Assembly (NCBI RefSeq): GCF_030144855.1
Contig: NC_082708.1
Location: 43,152,001 to 43,216,000, forward strand
Length of the DNA stretch: 64,000 bases
Source: Hypanus sabinus
Taxonomy: Eukaryota
Direction of reading: 5' to 3'
Numbering within the stretch: the first letter of the stretch is position 1; every line of letters begins with the position of its first letter. Both the position numbers and the translations under genes were made by a program. The notes below the pieces were generated by a model. It was given only the letters and a program-made list of their open reading frames with translations, had not been told where the DNA came from and made no database searches. Of the stretch, positions 1-11,425 are shown in pieces.

Positions 1-128
1 TTGCAAGGCCTATTTACTAGCTGGACACACCACCCAGCATGGATGGAAAGCGTACAAGAAGCCAACTGGATTCGAACCCAGGGCCACTTGCCTCAAAGTC
101 TGGTGTGGGTGTCACTACACCACTGGCC
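1..128 (-). mobile_element. tRNA-derived SINE fragment (cut by window edge)
   Basis: The minus strand reads GGCCAGTGGTGTAGTG (A-box-like) then GGGTTCGAATCC (B box). Its body (CTTTCCATCCATGCTGGGT) matches the SINE copy at 14242-14390. Confidence 0.65.
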
Positions 129-589
129 ATGTGCCTCTTTTAGGCAGGGCGTGTTTTGGAGTGATAATTGCAGCATTCTGACTGCAAGAAGTTTTTCTTG
201 TTAAATTGACCAGTTTAAAATCAGCACAATTGTTTTTATTTTACTCCCTCAGTAAAAAAAAAAATTCAGTGGTGAAATATTTATTTCATCTTGCATTCTT
301 GCAGCTTTCTTTGAAGGAAAAAGCCAGAGAAATGAGGAGGAATGCTAATCAAAGAAGCAACTGTAGAGTAACTTCTGCAGTTTAATCAATGTTTTGAAAA
401 TGGAATAGAATGAGTAAATTGAAGCAAAAGGAAGATTTACAACAATTAAGCTGAGAATCATTGCACCTCTGTTTGCTTAATGCAATATTACTCACATAAT
501 TATTGTTCAACAGGAATCATCAAATTAGATCTTGGTACCACCTAATTCAGGCATGTATTTCTATGTAGGAAAGGAAGAAGGAAGTCTGT

Positions 590-1530
590 GGGTGCAGCAA
601 ATAGCCTTGTGGTACTGGAGACATGATTTCGATCCTGACTTCTAGTGCTGCCAGCATAGAATTTATGCATTCTCACTGTGACTGCATGCATTCCTCAAGA
701 GTCCTGCTGTTTCCACCTACCTATCAAAGATGGGTGGATTAGTGTAAGAATTGGCCTGTGCAAATTGCTGCTAGTGTGTAGGTGAGTGACAACAGCTTGG
801 CAAGGTCATTCTCTGTCATGCACCGGTATTCTGACATGTACAAGGGTGCGGACAGAACACTGCTCTAGTACAGCTTCACCTCAGTGTGGACATTTGTTCT
901 CATTGATCTGAAGACGTTTCTAGCTTTGGTGAGTCTGCTCTGGATGTTGTGCTTGGTCCCAGCATCCTGCTGAATGGTTCTGTCCAGGTGGGTGAATCTG
1001 CTGGTTCTGGGAAAGTCGATACCATGTGTCTTGACGGATGGTGGAGACTCTGCATTGAGGTTCTGGAAGATCCTCTGTATTTTCTGGCCAAGAATGATCT
1101 CCAACCATGCCCTACTCCTTCAGTGTCACCAAGAGGATATGGTCACCATTATCATGAGGAAACACTGGAGATGTGAAGAGATGAGAAGCCAACTCCATGA
1201 TCAAGACTGCACTTCATTGGACCCCTGAAGAGTGGAGGAAATATGGGAGATCAAAGACAGCTTTGGTGCTGTACTGTGGAGGCAGAAATGAGGACCCTGA
1301 ACCTCATCTGAGGCACAATAGAGAAGCTGGCCAAGGATGAACAGAGATAGAGGACATTAATTGCTGCCTTAAAAAACAGTGGCGTAACAGGCGGTAACTA
1401 ACCATATAGGGGAGTGTCAGAATCTGGGTAGAGTTGAGAATACAGCAAGAATAAAATACAAAGCATTAATGGCATTAGTAGTTGATAGTTGTCCTGGGTT
1501 GAAGAATGTGTTTCAGTCTTACATCTCTCA
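590..1530 (+). mobile_element. Old V-SINE (HE1-like) split by an RTE insertion
   Basis: A B-box remnant (TTCGATCC) and a V-domain-like body (TTCTCACTGTGACTGCATG...AAATTGCTGCTAGTGTGTAGGTGAGTG) span 590-785. The element resumes after ~1403. Confidence 0.5.
785..1402. mobile_element. 5'-truncated RTE-clade LINE with an inverted 5' segment
   Basis: Minus strand ~785-1055 encodes RT C-terminal motifs (DAGTKHNIQSRLTKARNVFRSM...KLY). Plus strand ~1056-1402 encodes the following segment (KILCIFWPRMISNHALLLQCHQEDMVTIIMRKHW) and ends in a TAAC-repeat tail. Confidence 0.7.
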
Positions 1531-1649
1531 AAGAGGAGCATGCTTGTCTGAATAGACAAGTCTCTCCATTCTGTATACAGGTGACTCTTACGTTATGTAA
1601 GGGTTGTATTCCTGTGAAACCATCCTTTCATTAATGGGCCAATAATTTG

Positions 1650-2300
1650 AGGGATCAGTGGTGGAAAGGGTGTGCAGCATCTTGGAGGATTTTTGGGCCC
1701 AGTACATTGATGCAGACATGAAGAAGGCATGTCAATTGGATTTTGAGGGGCTCTGTTAATTGACTTGTAAAGTCTTGTAAATTTCTGTAGATATATGGTG
1801 GAGTACATTCTGACAGGTTGCATCACAGCTTGGTATGGGACTTCCAATGTATAAGATTGCAAAAGGCTATAGAGGGTCATAGACTCAGCCAGCCCAATCA
1901 TGGGCATAACCCTCCCCACAATTGAGGGCATCTTCAAGAGACAGTGCCTTAAAAATGTGGCATCTATCACTAAGGACCCTCACCATCCAAGACATGTCCT
2001 TTTCTTGTTACTTCCACTAGGAAAGAGGTACAGGAGGCTGAAGACCCCCATGCAACGATTAAGAAACAGGTTCTTCCCCTCATCATCAGATTTCTGAACA
2101 TTGCCTCTTTATCCTTCTCTTTTGCACTACTTATTTTGCAATTTATAGTTTATTTTTCAAAGTTTGAAGTAAATTTATTATCAAACTACGTATATGTTAC
2201 CATGCACTACGCTGAGATTAATTTTCTCTTTTATGTCTTTGCTGTGCATGGCTGCTAGAAATCAATAATTTTCATGACGTGGATGATAAATTTGATTTGA
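1650..2300 (+). mobile_element. Rex1/Babar LINE 3' fragment
   Basis: Translation gives ...ITKDPHHPRHVLFLLLPLGKRYRRLKT...RLRNRFFP, the typical Rex1 RT C-terminus, followed by a 3' UTR. Confidence 0.75.
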
Positions 2301-3454
2301 ACTGCTGAGCAGCACCGACATAACTGTCATATTTCCACAGAGAGCAGTGCATTTACAAATCAAGTTCAGCAGGAGTTATTAAAGAGAATTTTAAAAAAAG
2401 CACTCACTGAAGTTCTAGAATGCGAGATATATTCCTGTTATATTTTTGACCCATAATAATGTAATTGATATGCCTTGAAAGGAAAGAAATAGTCAGCCGA
2501 AACTGAAGCAGATGAATAGAACACAACATCTGATAGGTCATTCAGCCCACGATGTTGTGCTGATCTTGATACCAATGTATACTAAATGTTTCACTTCCTG
2601 CCTATGATTTATATCTCTCCATTTCCTTCATATCCATGTGTTTACCTAAAAGACTCTTTAACAACCACTGAACTGCTTGCTTCTGCTACATGAGTTGCTC
2701 CCATGGTAACCCATTCCAAGCATCTACCACTGTCTATGTAAAGGTAAATAAAACTTGCCTCTCCAGTTTAGTGAGTACATTTCTGAAACATAATAAGGTC
2801 ACTTCAGAAGCTATGTGTTTATGGTCTCAATTTTAACTATGTCGTTTTATGATTTGACTTTTAGAATAAAATGCACCACTGTCACTGTACTGACCTATGG
2901 GACATTAGTTTAACTATGCATGTTTCCGTTCTTACTGGCCAGTGCCTTTACTAACTGTACTTGACTGTAATATTCAGTTATTCATTATCTGCACACTGGA
3001 TGTAAATAGTTATGAATTAACTAAATCTCACTTTGGCTTATTATTTAGCTGTCTGGAGAGTGCAGATTTAAGAATTGATACAGTCTGAAATAATGTATAA
3101 TTCCAAAACTTTAACAAAAGAAATTAGACTCTTCTGGCTGGCTAAATGGTTGGTCAGATGTTGTTAGATCAATATTTGCAGAAAGGCTGTTATGGTTTAC
3201 AAATTACTTGCAAGTTGTTATTACAGATTCAACCTGGAACATAATAACATTTGGAAAATGCATGGTATGTTTTTATAGTAGGTTTAGATTAATTTTGATG
3301 GATGAATGCCAGCAATTATACATCCTCCCTAATCAGCAAGTATAGACCAGTGCTCCATTTACTGCTAACCTGTGGACTGTGATTTGTTTGTGTTCTTGTT
3401 CCTCCATTCTGCACTCTCACAAGTGCATAGTCATAGTGGACATACAAAGTCAGA

Positions 3455-6069
3455 CAGCATGGAAAACAGACAAGATTATAGCTGGGACCTTAATGTCCAA
3501 AGATACACATTGTATCGAAAGGACAGGCAGGTAGGCAGAGGGGGTGGTGTTGCTCGGTTGGTAGAGTCAGAAGTTGTTGAATCATTGTGGGTAGAGCCAA
3601 GGAACTGCAAGGGTTAAAAGGCCCTGATGGGAGTTATATAAAGACACCCAAACAGTAGTTAAGATGTAGTTTACAAATTACCACGGGAGAAAGAAAATAC
3701 ATGCCAAAAGGCAATGTTGCAATAGTCATGGAGGGATTTCAATATGCAGAGAGATTGGGAAAATCAGGTTGGTGCTAGATCTCCAGAGGGGGATTTCTAG
3801 AATGTATACGAGATGGCTTTTAGAGCAATTTGTGTTTGGGCCCATGAGGGTATCAGCTGCTCTGGATTGGGTGTTGAGTAACGAACCGGAATTGATTAGA
3901 GAGCTTTAAGGTAAGAGAACCCTTAGGGACAAGTGATCACAATCTGATAGTACTCATGCTGCAATTTGAGAAGGAGAAGCTAAACTCGGATGAATCAGTA
4001 TTACAGTGGAGGAAAGGGAATTACAGAGGCAAGAGAGAGGAGCTGGCCAGAATTGATTGGAAACAAACATTGACAGGTATGATGGCAGAGCAGCAGTGGT
4101 CGGAATTTCTGGGAGCAATTCTGAAGGTGTAGGATGTATATATCCTAAAGAGGAAGAAGTATTCTAAACGAAGGATGACACAGCCGTGGCTCTCAAGAGA
4201 AGTCAAAACCAACATAAAATCAAAGAGGGGACATATGATAGCAAAAATTATTTGGAAGTTAGAGGATTGAAAAGCTTCTAAAAAACAACAGAAAGTAACT
4301 AAAGAAAGTCACTAAGAAGGAAAAGATAGAATATGAAAGTAAGCTAGCCAGTAATATCAAAGAGGATACCAAATGCTTCATCAGATACCTAAAGTGTAAA
4401 AGAGAGGTGAGCGTAGACATTGGACCGCTGGAAAACAATGCTGGAGAGGTAGTAATGGGAGACAAGGAAATGGTAGACAAACTGATTAAGTTTTTTGCAT
4501 CACTGTGGAAAACACTAGCAGTATGCTGGAGGCTCAAGAGTGTCAGGGGGCAGAAGTGTGTGAAGTTGCAATTGTTAGGTAGAAGATGTTTGAGAAACTT
4601 AAAAGATCCGGATCAGATGGTATACACCCCGGGGTTCTGAAAGAGGTGGCTGAAGAGATTGTGGAGGCATTAGTAATGATCTTTCAGGAATCAATTGACT
4701 CTGGCATGGTTCCGGAGGAATGGGAAATTGCAAATGTCGCTCCACTCTTTAAGAAGGGAGAGAGGCAGAAGAAAGGAAGTTATAGGCCAGTAGGTCTGAT
4801 CTTAGTGTTTGGGAAGATGTTGGAGTTGATTGTTTAAGGACATGCTTGGTTTCCTTAAGGGAAAATCTTGTCTGACAATTCTGTTGGAATTCTTTTGAAG
4901 AAATAACAAGATGAATAGACAAAGGAGAATTGGTTGAAGTTGTATACTTGGATTTTCAGAAGGCTTTTGACAAGGTGCCGTACAAGAGGCTACTTAATAT
5001 GGTATTACAGGAAAGATACTAACATGGATAAACCATTGACTGCTTGACTGGAGGCAAAGAATAGGTATAAGGGAGCCTTTACTGCTTGGCTGCTGGTAAT
5101 TTGTGTTCCACAGGGTCCGCGTTGGGACTGCTTATTACATTATATGTCAGTGATGGAATTGGTGGCTATGTGACCAAATTTATGGACAATATGAAAATAG
5201 GTGGAGGTGCAAGGAGTTTTGAGGAAGGCAGAGTAGCTACATAAGTACTTAGACAAACTAAGGACATGGGCAAAGAAGTGGTAGATGGAGTACAGTGTTG
5301 GAAGTGTATGGTCAGGAACTTTGGTGGAAGAAATTAAAGTGTAGACTATTTTCTAAATGGAGAAAAAACTCAAATATCTGAGGGGCAAAGGGACTTGGAA
5401 GTCTTCATGCAGGTTCCTTAAAAGGTTAACTTGCAGGCTGAGTCAATGGTGAGGAAGGCAAATGTGATGTTAGCACTCGTTTCAAGAGGACTAGAATATA
5501 AAAGCAAGGATGTAGTGTTGAGGCTTTCTAAAGCACAGGTGAGGCCTCACTTGGAGTATTGTGAACTGTTTTTGGCTCCTCATCTAAGAAAGGATGCGGT
5601 GACATTGGGGAGGGTTCAAAGAAAGTTCACAAAAATGATTCTGGTGATTGAAAGGTTTATCATATGAGGAGCATTTGATGGCTCTGGGCCTCTACTCACT
5701 GGAATTCAGAAGAATTCGTTGAAATTGTATGTTGAAAGGCCTTGATAGAATCGATGTGGAGAGGATGTTTTCTGTGGTGAAGGACACAGAGGACACAGCC
5801 TCACAATAGAGAGGTTTCCTTTTAGAATAGAGATGAGGAGGAATTGGTGAATCTGTCATTGCCGCAGGTGCCTGTGGAGGCTAAGTCATTGGGTATATTT
5901 AAGGCAGAATTTGATAGATTCTTGATAGATTCAGGGCATGAAGGGATGCTGGAAGACGGCAGGAAATTGGGGCTGAGAGGGATTATGGATCAGCCATGAC
6001 GAAATGGTGGACGAGACTCGATGGGCCAAGTAACCGAATTCTCCTATGTCTTCCAGTCTTATGGTCTAA
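3455..6069 (+). mobile_element. Decayed CR1 LINE (family A), endonuclease through RT and 3' tail
   Basis: ORF fragments YTLYRKDRQ, PEEWEIANVAPLFKKG..YRPV and VRPHLEYC..RVQRKFT are present. The 3' end reads TTCTCCTATGTC...TATGGTCT. Many stops and frameshifts. Confidence 0.9.
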
Positions 6070-6117
6070 GATGTTTATCTGAAGTGGTCCCATTTGCCTG
6101 TGTTTGGCCCATATCCA

Positions 6118-9100
6118 TATTGAATTCTGATGTTTTAAATTCAGAATTCTTTTGGAAGTCAAGAATGAGGAATAAAACATATTACTTCAGTCATTTTATT
6201 AAATGCTAATAGAACAAAGTGAATTGGAAACAGATGTGGCAGGAGTCTAGTAGGGGAAGGGAAATAAGAAATAAAGAGAATATAGAATAAAGATGGTGAG
6301 CTTAAGTGTTCAGCTCTTTTGAAAACATGGGTAGATACACTCCAGTCAATTATGTCAACAAGAGTTAACCAATCAGATAGCCCCTAATCAAATATTGCAA
6401 TATCAGAAAACTGTCCAGAGCTTGCAAAGAATTGTAACCGCTAAGGGACACACTGAACAAATGCATATACATACTGTGATCTTTAGGAAGTATACTGAAC
6501 AGCTACATGTATGTAGGTGGCTATATAAAATAGAAGTAGCAGCCTAATCCACAATCCCCTCTTTGATTCTAAATCACCCATTTAGAATCATTGCATCTGA
6601 AAATTCAGAGGGAGAAAAACTTGTGGTATCTATGTTAAGTATAACTACTCAAGCTACAGAAATATCAAAGGTATATATTCTTCAACGTATTCTTTGGTTT
6701 ACATCATGGTTAGGCAGATTAATTGGCACACTTACATAAGTTTATACCACATAATCACTCCTGTACAAGTAAAAATGAAAATTATAATGAGGCTTATTAA
6801 CACACAAACAAAAGAAGTAAGAACTTCCTCTAATTCCAAATTCATCATTGGATGGAAGTAGGAGTGAGGAAACTACTACATTGCCAATTTGAAAAAAAAC
6901 CTCTAAAAGGTATAAAAATACTTAAATATGTGCAAGCCAGTAGGGTAGAACTCATGCAAATATGGGAGTAAAATTAAACTGACTAAAATTTTGGTTGCAA
7001 TCTGCTAATATTTTGAGACTTGGTCAGAGTAATATAAAGTATGTAACATACTTAAGTGTTAAGTGTTACATGAGATTGGGTTAAAACAATGCCCAAAGTC
7101 GCGAAACCAAGCTCCTCCCTGAATAAAACATTTCAGTTTGATAAAATTAATCACAAAATTTTAATGAAAAAATCAACAATGATTTGTTACAAATGTTTAT
7201 TACATTTATTTAAAAAGGGATATCATAAGATCCTGAGAATGCCTGAGGAAAACCTACGTGTTAAAGATAAGACACGTGGTCAGCTTGAGAAGTGAGTTTG
7301 AGAATTAACTGAGCAAATGAAAAAGTTCATGAGGCAAGTAAAGACGTTCACCAAGCAATTGGGAAAGAAACCTAGAAAGCGTGATAAAACTAAAGTGCAT
7401 CATATAGAATGTCAAAGCAGACTGAAACGATATCAGAAAGCCCAGCAGGGACTTCAAGGGGGTGGTCCTGCCAGTGACACTCTAACAACACTTCTCCTTA
7501 GGAAACATCCCCCCCACCCCCCCAAGACAGTGCCACCATCTGAACTCTGAAGAACTACAGGATAGACATGACATGGATTCTACAGATTCTACAAATTATA
7601 ATGAGGCAATTCTTCCAAGTTCTTAATTCTTTGCAGCCATTCTGCTGACTGTGCCAATTTGTTGGATTCTGATGCTTTGAATCCAGTGTTCTTTTGGAAG
7701 TCAAGAAAGTGTCATAAAACTTGTTGCTTCATAATCATTTTATTGTACTAATAGAACAAAGAGATTTGGAAGCAGATAGTACCAGGAGTCTCAGAGTTAA
7801 AGAGAACAACGATTAAAGAATAAAGATTGTGAGCTCTCATATTCTATACTATGTTCTGAGATCATTTTATGCTTTACAAGAAACACTCCAGTCAAATATA
7901 AGTTGTAAGGGTTAACCAATTAGATAGCCCCCAATTCAAATAATACTATGCCAGAGAACTTCCCAGAACTTCCTAAGGACTGTAACATGCTCTCTTTAAG
8001 AAAGGAGGAAGGCAGCAGAATGGAGATTATAGACCAGTTAGTCTGACCTCAGTGGTTGAGAAGATGTTGGAGTCAAGTGCTAAGGTTATAGAGTACTTGG
8101 CGATACAGAACATGATAGGACAAAGTCAGCATGATTTCCTTAAGGGAAAATCTTGCCTGATGAACTAGTTAGAATTCTTTGAGGAGATTACATGTAGGAT
8201 AAATAAAGGGGATGCAGTGGATGTTGTATATTTGGATTTTCAGAAGGCCTTTAACAAGGTGCCACATATGAGACTGCTTATCAAGTTAAGAGCCCATGGT
8301 ATTACAGGAAAGTTAATTAGCATGGTTAGAGCATTGGCTGATTGGTAGGAGGCGGTGAGTGGAAATAAAATTATTCTTGTCTGCTTGGCTGCCAGTGACT
8401 AGTGGTGTTCCGCAGGTGTTGGTGTTGGGACCGCTTCATATCAATGATTTAAATAATGGAATAGATGGCTTTGTTGCCAAATTTCCAGATGATACCAAGA
8501 TTGGACGAGGGGCAGGTAGTGTTGAAAAAACAGGAAGGCTGCAGAAGGACTTAGACAGATTAGGAGAATGGGCTAGAGAGTGGCAAATGAAATTCACTGT
8601 TGGAAAATGCATAGTAATGCACTTTAGTAGTAGAAATAAATGTGCAGACTATTTTCTAATCAGGGAGAAAATCCAAAAATCTGAGATGCAAATGGACCTT
8701 GGAGTCCTTGTGCAGAACACCCTAAAGTTTAACTTGCAGATTGGGTCACTGGTGAGGAAGGCAAATGCAATGTTAGCATTCATTTCAAGAGGTCCAGAAT
8801 ACAAGAGCAGGGATGTGATGCTGAGGCTTTATATGGAACTGGTGAGGCCTCACCTTGAGCATTGTGAAGAGTTTTTGGCTCTGCATCTAAGAAAAGATGT
8901 GCTGGCATTGGAGAGGACCCAGGGGCGGTTACAAGGATGATTCCGGGAGTGAAAGGGTTATCATACAAGGAACATTTGATGGCTCTGGGTCTGTACTCAT
9001 TGGAAGTTGGAGGGATTAGAAGGGATCTCATTGAAACCTTTCGAATGTTGAAATGCCTAGACAGCGTAGATGTGGGAAGGATGTTTTCCATGGTGAGAGA

Positions 9101-9574
9101 GCCTAGGACAAGAGGGCACAGCCTCAGGTTAGGGGAGCATTCATTTCAAACAGAGATGCAGAGAAATTTCTTTAGCCAGTATGAGGTGAATTTGTGGAAT
9201 TTGTTACCACAGGCAGCTGTGGAGGCCAGGTCAATGGGTGTATTTAAGGCAGAGACTGATGAGTTCTTGATTGGACACAGCATTGGGTGAAGGCCGGAGA
9301 ATGGGGCTGAGGAGGGGATAAGAGGATCAGACATGATTGAATGATGGAGCGGACTCGATGGGCCAAATGGTCTAATTCTGCTCCTATGTCATATGGTCTT
9401 CCTAAGAATAGAGTGTAATCATTGGGGGATGCACTGAACAATTGCATATACGTACTGTGGCCACTAGGTAACGTGCTAAGCATTTACATATATATAGGTA
9501 GTTATTATAAAATACAGCAGGCAATTAATTGTTAAACTGCACAGAAAATAACAATTATGCAGTCTAATCCAACA
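6118..9574 (-). mobile_element. Non-autonomous two-LTR retroelement (5' LTR 7660-9574 interrupted by CR1; 3' LTR 6118-6553)
   Basis: Two diverged direct repeats have TGTTGGATT...AATCCAACA-type ends. On the minus strand there is a PBS TGGCACAGTCAGCAGAAT (7639-7656, tRNA-Ser-like), a PPT AAAGAGGGGA (6555-6564) abutting the other LTR, and AATAAA in both LTRs. Confidence 0.75.
7978..9400 (+). mobile_element. 5'-truncated CR1 LINE (family A) inserted in the 5' LTR
   Basis: RT ORFs 8359-8940 and 8937-9290 contain VTSGVPQ, KFPDDTK and LVRPHLEHC. A CR1 3' tail follows, and CTTCCTAAG occurs at both junctions (possible TSD). Confidence 0.9.
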
Positions 9575-11392
9575 CCTTTTCTTATCCATGTACCCATCCA
9601 AATGTCTGTTACCTGTTAAATATTGTCAGAGTATCTGCCTCTGCAGCTTTGTGTGGTATAGCCAGTGAAGTAATTTATGCAGTGTTGTGACTGTACACCA
9701 GAGGGACAGTGAAAATGGTCAACCTCTATCAGAAGTTTCTGTATATAGTAATTTAACAATGGCTCAATCTGTAGCAGCAATATTAAATGGTGGACAAGTA
9801 TTGGTAAGGGTACAAAGAATAATTCCTCTTTTTAAAATATTGCTATTTCATCTCTTACCTTCAGTTGTCCTCATTTAAATTCTAAATCACACAATCCAGC
9901 CTAAAGCCCATTTGAGTAAAGTGCTAACAGAATGCAGAAATAGGGCTTCAGCTTGCATCTCATGCAAGTGAATGCCCCTCTGCCAGTGCCACAGAAAACC
10001 CCACTGTTCTGATGTACATTCCGTCTATAAGTCTCCTGCTATGCTCTGAATAATTTCTGACTTGAGGCAAGGTTGTTATTAATTGAGTCAAATCTGTTAC
10101 AATATAATCTATAAGTTTAAAACTATTGTCCCACTAGCTAGCATTATTGGGCCATGACTTTCCTTTTTAAAAATTCTAAATAGAGTGAATACTACCAAAA
10201 TGTTGACAATGCTAGTAAAAGGGAAAAAATGTGGGGAGTGCCACTATTACTGCCCCTCTGAAACAGTAAAATAGGCATTTGTAAAGATTGATTTTATAGT
10301 AAATGATAAAACATTTTAAATCAGTTTTGCATGTGGTTCCAGTTCTCCATGCTCACCACCTCTAGATTTTTGAGTTCATCCACAAACTGTATGAGTGATG
10401 GCTGAAAGCATGGCAAATGTTTCATTAAGCTTGCCTGGATGAGTCCATTTCTTAGTGCAAAGACTATTGAACAAGAAAGTAACAATGAAAGAAAGAAAAA
10501 AAATTGAATTAGGAAGGTGTTTTAATAATTAAAAAATGAATTTGAAGTCGAAAGAAAATTTTTAAAGCACTTTCTTTGTTTTAAGATTGGGAGAAAAGAA
10601 TTGCACCACCAGAATTTCATTTTTTGTTATGTAGTTCTTGCTTTTTAAATGAATGAATATGCTGCTCATCAGAGTTGCTGAATGTCATTGGAAATTGATG
10701 ACTTTTGACTCTAGCATACTAATTTAATTAGCATGTTGGAGTGATTGAATTATAAATCATTTAATGGAAAACTGGTAATATTTTAGAATTCATTTAAAGG
10801 CAAACCATATTTCTTTTTGCACAAATGCTAAAAATCCAATTACTTTTTTCATGTATCATATCTATCCTGTATCTAAACATTGGCCTTCGGCATTTTGTCC
10901 TTTCAGAATTTTTATAGGTTTACTTTTCTATTCGTATTACACACCTACTGTGACTGATGACATTTATTCGTTACATATTTGGTTATATCATTCAGTCCTT
11001 CATGTTTGTAGTGCTGGAGTTCTGATGGAATGGAGTGGGCGGGGGGAAGGTGTGGGTAATTCTAGATGCTGCATTTCTTTTGAACATATGGCTGAACAAA
11101 TAAACAAAAATGTTAATGTAATGAATTAATTATAGGAAAAATGAATTTGTAATGAATTATTTCACAGGATAGCTGATCCAAGGAGGTTTCACAGGATATA
11201 CTTCTAATGGTTCAAATTTCTACTGCTATGCTGTGAGGTATTTTTATTTTAGCAATGTGTGCTGCTAGTATGAATGTTTTGGTTTTGGCTAAAGATAAAG
11301 AGCCATGTTGTTCTGTTAAAGTAGAATCTGAATAAAACTCGGGTGACCAGCTTCTTATAGTTACAACAGTTTATTTGCGCACCCTCTTGCAG

Positions 11393-11425
11393 GATTTTGA
11401 GACCCAGTTGTCGAAGGGAAGGCAC
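11393..11425 (+). other. Candidate 33-nt micro-exon (DFETQLSKGRH), possibly an upstream SPATA13 exon
   Basis: Acceptor CCCTCTTGCAG| and donor |GTAAGT flank a stop-free 33-nt segment in apparently non-repetitive DNA that retains CpGs. No homology recognised. Confidence 0.25.
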
